Of a stretch of 46,746 nucleotides of DNA, positions 22,260-35,419 are shown one piece after another. The DNA is taken from positions 935,107-981,852 of the forward strand of contig NC_090973.1 of NCBI RefSeq assembly GCF_040807025.1. The letters run 5' to 3'. Under the pieces are notes generated by a model, which saw only the letters and a list, made by a program, of their open reading frames with translations, searched no databases and was not told where the DNA came from. The stretch comes from Struthio camelus. Taxonomy: Eukaryota. A program made the position numbers and the translations under genes. Numbering within the stretch: the stretch's first letter is position 1; each line of letters opens with the position of its first letter.

Positions 22260-24365
22260 GCCCGTCCCGCGTCACCCCGCGTCACCCCGCGTCACCCCGC
22301 GTCCTCCCAGGTCACCCCGTGTCCTCCCGGGTCACCCCGTGTCATCCTGGGTCATCCCGCGTCATCCCACGTCCCCACCTCGTCCTGGGTCACCCCAGGC
22401 CACCCCGTGTCACCCCGTGTCCTCCCGGCTCACCCCGTGTCATCCTGGGTCATCCCGCGTCATCCCGGGTCATCCCGCGTCATCCCACGTCCCCACCTCG
22501 TCCTGGGTCACCCCGTGTCATCCTGGGTCACCCCACGTCATCCCACGTCCCCCACCTCATCCCGGGTCACCCCGTGTCATCCTGGGTCATCCCGCATCAT
22601 CCCACGTCCCCACCTCATCCTGGGTCACCCCAGGCCACCCCGTGTCACCCCGTGTCATCCTGGGTCACGCCGTGTCCTCCCGGCTCACCCCGTGTCATCC
22701 TGGGTCATCCCGCGTCATCCCACATCCCCACCTCGTCCTGGGTCACCCCAGGCCACCCCGTGTCACCCCGTCTCATCCTGGGTCACCCCTTGTCCTCCCG
22801 GCTCACCCCGTGTCATCCTGGGTCATCCCGCATCATCCCATGTCCCCACCTCGTCCTGGGTCACCCCGTGTCCTCCCATGTCACCCCGTGTCCTCCCAGG
22901 TCACCCCATGTCCTCCCGGCTCACCCCGTGTCATCCTGGGTCATCCCGCGTCATCCCACGTCCCCACCTCGTCCTGGGTCACCCCAGGCCACCCCGTGTC
23001 ACCCCGTGTCATCCTGGGTCACCCCGTGTCCTCCCGGTTCACCCCGTGTCACCCCGTGTCATCCTGGGTCATCCTGCGTCATCCCACATCCCCACCTCGT
23101 CCTGGGTCACCCCAGGCCACCCCGTGTCACCCCGTGTCATCCTGGGTCACCCCTTGTCCTCCCGGGTCACCCTGTGTCATCCTGGGTCACCCCACGTCAT
23201 CCCACGTCCCCCACCTCGTCCCGGCTCACCCCAGGCCACCCCGCGTTGTCCCACGTCCTCCTATGTCACTACCTGTCATCCCCGCGTCACCCCCCTGGTG
23301 ACACCTCGCGCCAGCCCACGTCATTCCTGCCCGTCCCCGTGCCCCCGCTGCCCCCCAACGTCCCTCTGTCCTTGTGTCCCCTGAGCTCCCTGTGTGCCCC
23401 ATGTCCCCGACGTCCCTGAGGTTGCCCAATGCCATCTGCAATGTCCTCGATGTCCCCTGATGTCCCCAGTGTCCCCAACACCCCCAATGTTTTCAATAGG
23501 CCCGATGTCCCCTAACGTCCCTGATGTCCCCTAACATCCCCGATGTCCTCAATGCCCCCAGCATCTCCAGTGTTGCTGATGTCCCCAATGTCCCCAGTGT
23601 CCCCAATGCCCCATTTTCAACGGCCCCCATGTCCCGACACCCCCGATGTCCTCAGCGCCCCCAACATCTCCAACGTCCCTGATCTGCTCGATGCCGCCGA
23701 CATCTTCAGGGTCCCCCATGTCCCCTGACATCCCCGATGTCCTCGGCGCCCCCAACATCTCCAACGTCCCTGATCTGCTCGATGCCGCCGACATCTTCAG
23801 GGTCCCCCATGTCCCCTGACATCCCCGATGTCCTCGGCGCCCCCAACATCTCCAACGTCCCTGATCTGCTCGATGCCGCCGACATCTTCAGGGTCCCCCA
23901 TGTCCCGACACCCCCGATGTCCTCAGCGCCCCCAACATCTCCAACGTCCCTGATCTGCTCGATGCCGCCGACATCTTCAGGGTCCCCCATGTCCCCTGAC
24001 ATCCCCGATGTCCTCAGCGCCCCCAACATCTCCAACGTCCCTGATCTGCTCGATGCCGCCGACATCTTCAGGGTCCCCCATGTCCCCTGACATCCCCGAT
24101 GTCCTCGGCGCCCCCAACATCTCCAACGTCCCTGATCTGCTCAATGCCGCCGACATCTTCAGGGTCCCCCATGTCCCCTGACATCCCCGATGTCCTCGGC
24201 GCCCCCAACATCTCCAACGTCCCTGATCTGCTCGATGCCGCCGACATCTTCAGGGTCCCCCATGTCCCCTGACATCCCCGATGTCCTCGGCGCCCCCAAC
24301 ATCTCCAACGTCCCTGATCTGCTCGATGCCGCCATCTTCAGGGTCCCCCATGTCCCCTAACATCC
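22260..24365 (+). repeat. MVP intron 11: gtcaccccgtgtcatcctgggtcatcccgcgtcatcccacgtccccacctcgtcctgg family (22260-23300), then a 91-bp unit with about 9 copies (23400-24365)
   Basis: The 91-bp unit is gtcccctgacatccccgatgtcctcggcgcccccaacatctccaacgtccctgatctgctcgatgccgccgacatcttcagggtcccccat. It recurs at 23720, 23811, 23901, 23991 and 24082. Confidence 0.85.
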
Positions 24366-24447
24366 CTGGCGTCCCCAACACCCCCAGCGCTCCGACCGCG
24401 TCAGCCGCGGTCCCCAACGTGCCGTAACGTCCCCCTGCCGTCCCCAG

Positions 24448-24659
24448 AACTCGAACCGGGTGATCTGCTCGGCCGTGTTCGGCTTCGACGAGGGCGGGCG
24501 CCTGCGCGAGCGCCTCCGCTTCGCCCCCAACGGGCTGGTGGTGACCAGCGTCGACATCCAGAGCGTGGAGCCCGTGGACCAGCGCACGCGCGACGCCCTC
24601 CAGCGCAGCGTCCAGCTCGCCATCGAGATCGCCACCAACTCCCAGGAGGCCGCCGCCAG
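24448..24659 (+). CDS. MVP: MVP coding exon 12 [70 protein letters not shown](R)
   Basis: Acceptor ctgccgtccccag|AAC. Matches human NSARIIRTAVFGF...[44 protein letters not shown]. Donor gccag|GTCCTG, phase 2. Confidence 0.9.
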
Positions 24660-24669
24660 GTCCTGCGTC

Positions 24670-25795
24670 CCCCCCCCCCGTCCCCATGGGTCCCCTCCCA
24701 TGTTGTCCCACGTATACAGTGGTCCCGTGTCCTCATGTATCTCCTCGTGTCCCCCAGGTGTCCCCCAGGTCCTCTGTGTCCCCCATGTCACCTCCATGTC
24801 GCCCAAGGTCCCTCCCATGTTGTCCCGTATCCTCCCGTATCCCCCACCTTGCCCATATCCCGGTGGTCCCGTGTCCTCATGTATCTCCTCATGTCCTCCG
24901 TGTCACCCGTGTCCTCCATGTCCCCCATGTCACCTCCATGTCACCATGGGTCCCTCCCATGTTGTCCCGTATCCTCCCGTATCCCCCACCTTGCCCATAT
25001 CCCGGTGGTCCCGTGTCCTCATGTATCTCCTCGTGTCCCCCAGTATCCCCCGTGTCCCCCATGTCACCTCCATGTCACTCCAGGTCCCTCCCATGTTGTC
25101 CCGTATCCTCCTGTATCCCCCACTTTGCCCATATCCCGGTGGTCCCGTGTCCTCATGTATCTCCTCGTGTCCCCCAGTGTCCTCCATGTCCCCCATGTCA
25201 CCTCCATGTCACCATAGGTCCCTCCCATGTTGTCCCGTATCCTCCCGTATCCCCCACCTTGCCCATATCCTGGTGGTCCCGTGTCCTCATGTATCTCCTC
25301 ATGTCCTCCGTGTCACCCGTGTCCTCCATGTCCCCCATGTCACCTCCATGTCACTCCAGGTCCCTCCCATGTTGTCCCGTATCCTCCTGTATCCCCCACT
25401 TTGCCCATATCCCGGTGGTCCCGTGTCCTCATGTATCTCCTCATGTCCCCCGGTGTCCCCCGGGTCCCCCATGTCACCTCCATGTCACCATGGGTCCCTC
25501 CCATGTTGTCCCGTATCCTCCTGTATCCCCCACCTTGCCCATATCCCGGTGGTCCCGTGTCCTCATGTATCTCCTCATGTCCCCCGGTGTCCCCCGGGTC
25601 CCCCATGTCACCTCCATGTCACCATGGGTCCCTCCCATGTTGTCCTGTATCCTTCTGTATCCCCCACTTTGCCCATATCCCGGTGGTCCCGTGTCCTCAT
25701 GTATCTCCTCGTGTCCCCCCGTGTCCCCCCCATGTCACCATGGGTCCCCAAGGGTCCCTCTTGTGTTGCCCCGTGTCACCCCATACGCTCCGCGT
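24670..25795 (+). repeat. About 136-bp tandem repeat, about 8 copies, starting immediately after the MVP exon 12 donor (intron 12)
   Basis: gtcccgtgtcctcatgtatctcctc recurs at 24723, 25010, 25146, 25276, 25417, 25551 and 25687. Confidence 0.85.
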
Positions 25796-26051
25796 CACCC
25801 ATAGCCCAGCATCCCCGCGTCCTCCCGCGTGTCCTCCTGTCCCACCGTGTCCCCTGGGTGTCCCCGCAGGTCACAACGTGTCCCCACGGGTCCCCCCCCA
25901 GGTTGTCCCATGTCCTCCCACATCCTCCCTGTCCCCCCGTGTCCTCACGCCCCCTCCACGTCCCCCCACGCGCCCCCCCCCCGTGCCCCAGCGCGGGCCT
26001 GGCCTCCCCCCGCCGCCTGCCCCCCGCGTCCCACGTCCCCGCGTCCCCCAG

Positions 26052-26168
26052 GCAGGAGGCGGAGCGGCTGGCGCAGGAGGCCCGCGGCCGCCTCGAGCGC
26101 CAGCGCCTCCTCGACCAGGCCGAGGCCGAGCGGGCGCGCCGGGCGCTGCTCGAGCTCGAGGCCCTCAG
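26052..26168 (+). CDS. MVP: MVP coding exon 13 (R)[38 protein letters not shown](S)
   Basis: Acceptor gcgtcccccag|G. Matches human [39 protein letters not shown]. Donor ctcag|GTGAGC. Confidence 0.9.
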
Positions 26169-26174
26169 GTGAGC

Positions 26175-27410
26175 CCGTCCTCCCAGCATGCCCCGGGGGG
26201 GACCCCTTCCCAACATGCCCTGGGGCCACCCCTTCCCAGCATGCCCTGGGGTCACCCCTTCCCAGCATGCCCTGGGGCCACCCCCGTCCCAGCATGCCCT
26301 GGGGCCACCTCCGTCGCAGCATGCCCTGGGGTCACCCCTTCCCAGCATGCCCCGGGGTCACCCCTTCCCAGCATGCCCTGGGGTCACCCCTTCCCAGCAT
26401 GCCCTGGGGCCACCCCCGTCCCAGCATGCCCTGGGGTCACCCCTTCCCAGCATGCCCTGGGGCCACCCCCGTCCCAGCATGCCCTGGGGTCACCCCTTCC
26501 CAGCATGCCCTGGGGTCACCTCCGTCCCAGCATGCCCTGGGGCCACCACCTTCCCAGCATGCCCTGGGGCCACCTCTGTCCCTAGCATGCCCCAGGGCCA
26601 CCCCCGTCCCAGCATGCCATGGGGCCACCCCCGTCCCAACATGCCCTGGGGTCACCCCTTCCCAGCATGCCCTGGGGTCACCCCTTCCCAGCATGCCCTG
26701 GGGTCACCTCCGACCCAGCATGCCCTGGGGCCACCCCTTCCCAGCATGCCCTGGGGTCACCCCTTCCCAACATGCCCTGGGGCCACCTCTGACCCAGCAT
26801 GCCCTGGGGTCACCCCTTCCCAGCATGCCCTGGGCCCACCCCTTCCCAGCATGCCCTGGGGCCACCTCTGTCCCAGCATGCCCTGGGCCCACCCCTGTCC
26901 CAGCATGCCCCAGGGCCACCCCCGTCCCAGCATGCCCTGGGGTCACCCCTTCCCAGCATGCCCCGGGGGGGGGTCACCACCTTCCCAGCATGCCCCGGGG
27001 TCCCTGCCTTCCCAGCATGCCCTGGGGGGGGCACCCCCTTCCCAGCATGCCCCGGGGGGGTCACCACCTTCCCAGCATGCCCTGGGGGGGGGTCACCACC
27101 TTCCCAGCATGCCCTGGGGTCACCCCTTCCCAGCATGCCCCGGGGGGGGGGTCACCACCTCCCCAGCATGCCCCGGGGGGGGGGGTCACCACCTTCCCAG
27201 CATGCCCCGGGGTCACCACCTTCCCAGCATGCCCCGGGGGGGGGGTCACCACCTTCCCAGCATGCCCCGGGGTCACCACCTTCCCAGCATGCCCCGGGGG
27301 GGGGGGGGTCACCACCTTCCCAGCATGCCCTGGGGTCACCCCTTCCCAGCATGCCCCGGGGGGGGTGTCACCACCTTCCCATCCTGCCCCGGGGCTCCTC
27401 CGCTATCCCA
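26175..27410 (+). repeat. About 30-bp minisatellite cccttcccagcatgccctggggtcac, about 40 copies (MVP intron 13)
   Basis: Near-perfect 30-bp periodicity. The 3' portion accumulates (C)n and (G)n length variation. Confidence 0.9.
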
Positions 27411-27655
27411 TCCTGCCCCGGGGTTGCTCGGGGGGGGCGGGGCCAGGTGGGGCGGTCCCTTGGCGCGGGGGCGTGGCTGGAGGCCGCGAGGGGGAGGGTG
27501 GGCGTGGCTCCAGGGCTCGGGGGCGGGGCCTGGCGGGCGGCAACCCCCCTCCCGCCGCGCCCCCCCCCCCCGGCGGGGCGAACGGAACCCGGAGGCGGGG
27601 GCGTGGCTTTGGGCGGGGGGGCGTGGCCGCGCGCTGACCCCGCCCCCCCCGGCAG

Positions 27656-27782
27656 CGCGGCGGTGGAGAGCGCGGGGGCGGCGCGGGCCGAGGCGCAGGC
27701 GCGGGCCGAGGCCGCCCGCATCGAGGGCGAGGCCGCCATCCTGCAGGCCAAGCTCAAGGCCGAGGCCGCCGCCATCGAGGCG
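27656..27782 (+). CDS. MVP: MVP coding exon 14 (S)[42 protein letters not shown]
   Basis: Acceptor cccccggcag|C. Matches human [42 protein letters not shown]. Donor gcg|GTGCGT at 27782/27783, phase 0. Confidence 0.85.
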
Positions 27783-27789
27783 GTGCGTG

Positions 27790-28560
27790 GGGCCGCCGGG
27801 GGGGGGGCGGAGCCGGCGCAGGTGCCGCGGGGGATGGTGGGAGCGCGCAGGCGCGGTAGGGGCGGTGGGCGGGGGGAGTCCGCGGCGGGGAGCGGCGGCC
27901 GCGCAAGCGCAGTAGGGGAGGGCACCGGAGCGCGCAGGCGCAGTAGCCCGAGGGAGGGATTAAACGCGCAGGCGCAGTAGCCCGAGGGAGAGGCGGGAGC
28001 GCGCAGGCGCAGTAGCCTGAGGTGGGGGGGACAGCGCAGGCGCAGTAGCCCGAGGGAGGGGCGGGAGAGCGCAGGCGCTGTAGCCCGGGGGGCCGCGCAG
28101 GCGCGATTACTCGAGGGAGGGGCGGGCAGGCGCAGTAGCTCGAGAAAGGGGAGAATGCGCATGCGCTGTAGCGGGGGGCTGCGCAGGCGCAGTAGCCTGG
28201 GGAAGGGGGACGGCGCAGGCGCGGTTCAGTGGGGGGGGTGTCGCAAAGGACGCGCAGGCGCAGTACCGCAGGAGGGAGAAGGGGGGAGTGCGCAGGCGCA
28301 GTAGTATCAGTGAGGGGGTGTGGGGGGGGACGGGGGCGCGCAGGCGCAGTAGCCCCGGGGGAGAGGGGAGGAGCGCGCAGGCGCGGTTCGGCGGGAGAGG
28401 GGCGGTGTCGCAGGGGACGCGCAGGCGCAATAGCCGCGGGAAGCGGGGGGGGGGGACAGGGAGCGCGCAGGCGCGGTAGGTCGGGCCGGGGGGGGGGGGG
28501 ACGCGGCGCGCAGGCGCAGTCGGCGCGAAGGGGGCCGGGGGCGCGGCTGACGGCGGCTCC
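27790..28560 (+). repeat. About 60-bp gcgcaggcgcagtagcccgagggaggggcgggag repeat in MVP intron 14, sequence-related to the start of exon 15
   Basis: gcgcaggcgcag recurs about every 60 bp. Exon 15 begins ..gagcgcgcgcaggcgcaggagctg. Confidence 0.8.
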
Positions 28561-28575
28561 GCCCCCGTCGCGCAG

Positions 28576-28764
28576 GAGGCGGAGCTGGCGCGGCTGGAGC
28601 GCGCGCAGGCGCAGGAGCTGCGGGTGCAGCGGGCGCGGGCGGAGGCGGAGGCGGCGCATGCGCAGGCCATGGCCGAGGTGGAGGGCGCGCGCGTGCGCGA
28701 CGTGGCCACCGCCCTCGGCCCCGACGTCATCCGCGACATCGCCCGCGCCGGGCCCGAGCTCCAG
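28576..28764 (+). CDS. MVP: MVP coding exon 15 EAELARLERAQAQELRVQRARAEAEAAHAQAMAEVEGARVRDVATALGPDVIRDIARAGPELQ
   Basis: Acceptor ccgtcgcgcag|GAG. Colinear with human [63 protein letters not shown]. Donor ccag|GTGGGC. Confidence 0.9.
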
Positions 28765-28789
28765 GTGGGCGGGGCCTCCGCGGCGGGAG

Positions 28790-29235
28790 GGGGCGGGGGG
28801 CATCCGCGGCGGGAGGGGGCGGGGGGTGAGCGTTCGGGGGGGGCGGGGGGGCGGGGCCTAGGCGGGAGGCGAATCGAGTCCCCGGCGGGGCCGAAAGGGG
28901 CGGAGTCTATACGGGGTGGGCGGGGCCTCGAGGAGGGGGGCGGGCGCCCAAAGGGGGCGGGGTCCGCCGTGGTGGCGCCAGACGGGGGCGGGGCCCCATT
29001 GGGGTTGGGCGGAGCCTCGAGGGGGGGGGCAAGGCTCGCTTGGGTGGGGGCCTCCGAGTGGGCGTGGCATCAGAAGGGGGCGTGGCTTGTGCTTAGGGGG
29101 CGGGGCCAGGAGCCATGCTCTCTGGGAGGGTGGGGGAGGCCGGTGGGGCAGGACGGGCGGAGGGCGTGGTCTGCGAGGGGGGCGGGGCCTGAGGGGGGCG
29201 TGTCAAGAGGGGGCGGGGCCGGAGGGGGCGGGGCC
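28790..29235 (+). repeat. GC-box satellite gggggcggggcctgaggggg in MVP intron 15 (same family as 39500-40900)
   Basis: Multiple GGGGCGGGGCCTGAGGGG units, also with CGTGTC variants. Confidence 0.8.
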
Positions 29236-29255
29236 TGAGGGGGCGTGTCCCGCAG

Positions 29256-29393
29256 GTGAAGCTGCTGCAGGGCCTGGGGCTGCAGTCGACGCTCATCACC
29301 GACGGCGCCGCCCCCCTCAACCTCTTCGCCACCGCCCGGGGGCTGCTGGGGCTGGTCCCGCCCCCCGGCCCCGCCCCCGGCCCCGCCCCCTGA
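29256..29393 (+). CDS. MVP: MVP terminal coding exon [45 protein letters not shown] (TGA at 29391-29393)
   Basis: Acceptor tgtcccgcag|GTG. Matches human [33 protein letters not shown]. The stop is followed 22 nt later by AATAAA. Confidence 0.9.
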   Translation: MKLLQGLGLQSTLITDGAAPLNLFATARGLLGLVPPPGPAPGPAP

Positions 29394-29414
29394 GCGGCCC
29401 CGCCCCCCGAGCGC

Positions 29415-29420
29415 AATAAA
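29415..29420 (+). terminator. MVP: MVP polyadenylation signal AATAAA (3' UTR only about 40-50 nt)
   Basis: Canonical AATAAA lies 22 nt after the TGA. A GT-rich stretch follows at 29440-29465. Confidence 0.75.
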
Positions 29421-29424
29421 GGCG

Positions 29425-30010
29425 GCCGTGACGTCATGGCGGTGGTGTCCTAGCTTTGTGGGGGGGGGGGGGAAGGGGCTGTGATGTCACCACGCTGGGG
29501 ACACGGCAGCTGTGATGTCATAGTCCCGGGGGGCGGGGCTTGTGCACTCAGTGGGTGGGCTGGCAGGGCTGTGATGTCACGGGGGGGGTGGGCGGGCTGC
29601 TGGCTATGATGTCACAGCTCCGGGGGCCCGAGAGGGTTGGGGCGGGACGCTCGGGTGTGACATCATTGGGCTGGGGGGGTGGGGCTGTGATGTCACAGAG
29701 CGGAGCGATGTCAGGCTGGGGAGTGATGTCGTCAGGCCCAGGTGTGACGTCATCGGGCCGGGGCGTGGCGTCGTGGGGCCGGGGTGTGACGTCATCGGGC
29801 TAGGTGTGACGTCATCCGGTCCGGGCGCGATGCCATCGAGGTGCAGCAGCGTGCCGTGGGGCTGGGGCGTGACATCATCGGGCCGAGTGTGACATCAGTG
29901 GGGCCAGGTGTGATGTCATCGAGCCAGAGCGTGAGCTCATGGCGCCTGGGCATGACGTTATTGGGCCCGGATGTGACCTAGTCGGGCCGGGCGTGATGTC
30001 ACGGGGCCGA
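29425..30010. promoter_or_regulatory. Tandem array of about 22 units of a 22-bp repeat GGGYGTGAYGTCAYCGGGCC carrying CRE palindromes (TGACGTCA) or their CpG-decayed variants
   Basis: Perfect TGACGTCA at 29429-29436, 29745-29752, 29787-29794 and 29807-29814. The other units carry TGATGTCA, TGACATCA or TGACCTCA. Confidence 0.7.
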
Positions 30011-30229
30011 GGTGTGACCTCATGGGGCGGGGGGGGGGGCGGCGCGGGGGCCCCGGACGCCTGGGTCCCCAAGCAGGAGGCGGGGCCGGAGCTCCCGAAG
30101 GCTCTTTTAATACTGAGGTTATTGCTGCTGCGCGGGGGCACCCCGGGGGCCCAGGCGTCCCCGGGGCCGGGGGGCTGCTACGGTCCTGGGGACCCCCGGG
30201 GACACCCGAGGGGGCTCGTGGGGACCCGG

Positions 30230-31990
30230 GGACGGGGACGGGGCTGCTACTGTGCTGGGGGCACCCGAGGGTGGGTGCTGGGGGATGGTCACCACCTGCA
30301 GGACGCCCTAAGGTGGGTCCCAGGCACCCTGGGGGCACCCAAGGGTGGTCCTGGGGGATGGTCACCACCTGCAGGACGCCCTAAGGTGGGTCCCAGGCAC
30401 CTTGGGGGCACCCAAGGGTGGTCCTGGGGGATGGTCACCACCTGCAGGACGTCCCAAGGTGGGTCCCAGGCACCCTGGGGGCACCCAAGGGTGGGTGCTG
30501 GGGGATGGTCACCACCTGCAGGATGCCCCAAGGTGGGTGCCGGGCACCCTGGGGGCACCCAAGGGTGGGTGCTGGGGGATGGTCACCACCTGCAGGACGC
30601 CCCAAGGTGGCTCCCGGGCACCCTGGGGGCACCCGAGGGGGCTCCTGGGGGATGGTCACCACCTGCAGGACACCCTAAGCTGGGTCCCAGGCACCCTGGG
30701 GGCACCCGAGGGGGCTCCTGGGGGATGGTCACCACCTGCAGGACGCCCCAAGGTGGGTCCCGGGCACCCTGGGGGCACCCGAGGGGGCTCCTGGGGGATG
30801 GTCACCACCTGCAGGACACCCTAAGCTGGGTCCCAGGCACCCTGGGGGCACCCGAGGGGGCTCCTGGGGGATGGTCACCACCTGCAGGACGCCCCAAGGT
30901 GGGTCCCGGGCACCCTGGGGGCACCCGAGGGGGCTCCTGGGGGATGGTCACCACCTGCAGGACACCCTAAGCTGGGTCCCAGGCACCCTGGGGGCACCCA
31001 AGGGGGCTCCTGGGGGATGGTCACCACCTGCAGGACGCCCCAAGGTGGGTGCCGGGCACCCTGGGGGCACCCAAGGGTGGGTGCTGGGGGATGGTCACCA
31101 CCTGCAGGACGCCCCAAGGTGGGTCCTGGGCACCTTGGGGGCACCCGAGGGGGCTCCTGGGGGATGGTCACCACCTGCAGGACGCCCCAAGGTGGGTGCC
31201 GGGCACCTTGGGGGCACCCGAGGGGGCTCCTGGGGGATGGTCACCACCTGCAGGACGCCCTAAGGTGGGTCCCGGGCACCTTGGGGGCACCCAAGGGTGG
31301 GTGCTGGGGGATGGTCACCACCTGCAGGACGCCCCAAGGTGGCTCCCGTGCACCCTGGGGGCACCCGAGGGGGCTCCTGGGGGATGGTCACCACCTGCAG
31401 GACGCCCCAAGGTGGGTCCCGGGCACCTTGGGGGCACCCAAGGGGGCTCCTGGGGGATGGTCACCACCTGCAGGACACCCTAAGGTGGGTCCCGGGCACC
31501 TTGGGGGCACCCAAGGGTGGTCCCGGCAGACCCTGGTGACCCCCAGGAGCATTTTTCGGGGATGCCCCTGACTCTGGGAACACCCAAGGATGCTCCCAGT
31601 AGATGGTCACCACCCTTGTGACAGCTATGGGTGCTCTTAGGGGACACTGGAGACACCCTTGGGTGCTCCTAGGAGATGGCCACCACCCTGGAGACACTCT
31701 ACAGTGGTTCCTGGGCACCCTGGGGACACCCAAGAGTACTCTTAGGAGACAGCCACCACTCTGGTGACACCCATGGGTGCTCCGGATGGACCTTGAAGAC
31801 ACCCTTGGGTGCTTCTAGATGACCACCTCCCAGGTGACACCCATGGGTGCTCCGGAGGGACCCTGGAGACACCCAAAGGTGCTTCTAGATGAGCATCACC
31901 CAGGTGACACCCAAGGGTGCTCTTAGAAGCCAGTCACTGCCCTGAGGACATCCCATGGTGGGTCCTGGGCACCCTGGGGACACCCAAGGG
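30230..31990. repeat. Intergenic 73-bp tandem repeat, about 17 homogeneous copies (30230-31500) then diverged copies. Each unit contains the E-box CACCTGCAGG.
   Basis: Unit: ggatggtcaccacctgcaggacgccccaaggtgggtcccgggcaccctgggggcacccgagggggctcctggg. Confidence 0.9.
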
Positions 31991-32125
31991 TGCTCCTGAG
32001 GATCCCGCCACACCCCCCCCCCCCACCCCAGGAGCTCCTCGTACCTCCTTTTCTCCCTCCCAAGCGTCGAGCACCCCCGGGCGGCCCAGCGAGCGGGCGG
32101 CAGCACCCCGGGGTGCCGGGCGGCG

Positions 32126-32386
32126 TCAGGGGGGCGCCGGGGGCCGGAAGAGGCGCCAGGCGCCGCGGCAGATGAGGCCGAACCAGTAGAGCTGGGGGGC
32201 GAGGAGGGCGGCGGCGGCGGCGTTGTAGGCGGCCGGCAGCGCCGCCGGCACCCGCAGCAGCGGCAGCCCCGCGTGGCGCCCGTAGGCCCAGTACAGGTAG
32301 GGGAACAGCAGCACCCGGCACCCGAAGAAGGTCACCAGCATGGCCAGGCCGTTGAGCTTGTGCAGCGCCGTGTGCTGCCGCTTGTA
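32126..32386 (-). CDS. TLCD3B: TLCD3B terminal coding exon [86 protein letters not shown] (stop = plus TCA at 32126-32128)
   Basis: Minus-strand acceptor ccccggcag|TAC. Matches human [82 protein letters not shown]. Confidence 0.85.
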   Translation of the reverse strand, partial: [86 protein letters not shown]

Positions 32387-32399
32387 CTGCCGGGGCGAC

Positions 32400-35197
<2,798 letters not shown>

Positions 35198-35417
35198 GGC
35201 GGCCACGGGGAAGCAGACGAGCACCATGGCGGCGTGGTGGAGCACCATGAGCAGGTCCTTGCGGAGGTAGGCGGCGGTGGCGGCCCGCAGCGAGGGCGGT
35301 GGCCCGGCCTCGTGGCCCTTGACGCGACCCCGGTGCCAGTGGCAGAGGAACATGGCGTAGACGTCGTAGATGAAGTAGGGCACCGCGAACTCCGGGTAGG
35401 CGCCCGCCAGCCAGTGC
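35198..35417 (-). CDS. TLCD3B: TLCD3B coding exon 3 (Q)HWLAGAYPEFAVPYFIYDVYAMFLCHWHRGRVKGHEAGPPPSLRAATAAYLRKDLLMVLHHAAMVLVCFPVAA
   Basis: Minus-strand acceptor ccggcgcag|G. Matches human HWLSSAYTQFAVPYFIYDIYAMFLCHWHKHQVKGH...YLHKEFLMVLHHAAMVLVCFPLSVV, including the TLC-domain HH motif. Donor gccgcc|GTGAGTGAGG, phase 0. Confidence 0.85.
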
Positions 35418-35419
35418 CT

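Noticed and set aside
19897-23419. Very long + strand ORFs (1134 aa and 1068 aa) and many 100-500-aa ORFs on both strands throughout 10360-27980 and 37292-40782
   Set aside because: They lie entirely within Gly/Pro/Ser-codon-like GC-rich tandem repeats and span authentic MVP exons in the wrong frame. They have no start-codon context, no splice logic and no similarity to known proteins. A stop-poor frame is expected by chance at about 80% GC.
29394-32125. An expected CDIPT gene next to MVP, as in human
   Set aside because: No CDIPT-like ORF or exon (for example a CDP-alcohol phosphatidyltransferase motif) is present on either strand. The interval is entirely CRE and 73-bp repeat arrays, and the next gene is TLCD3B.
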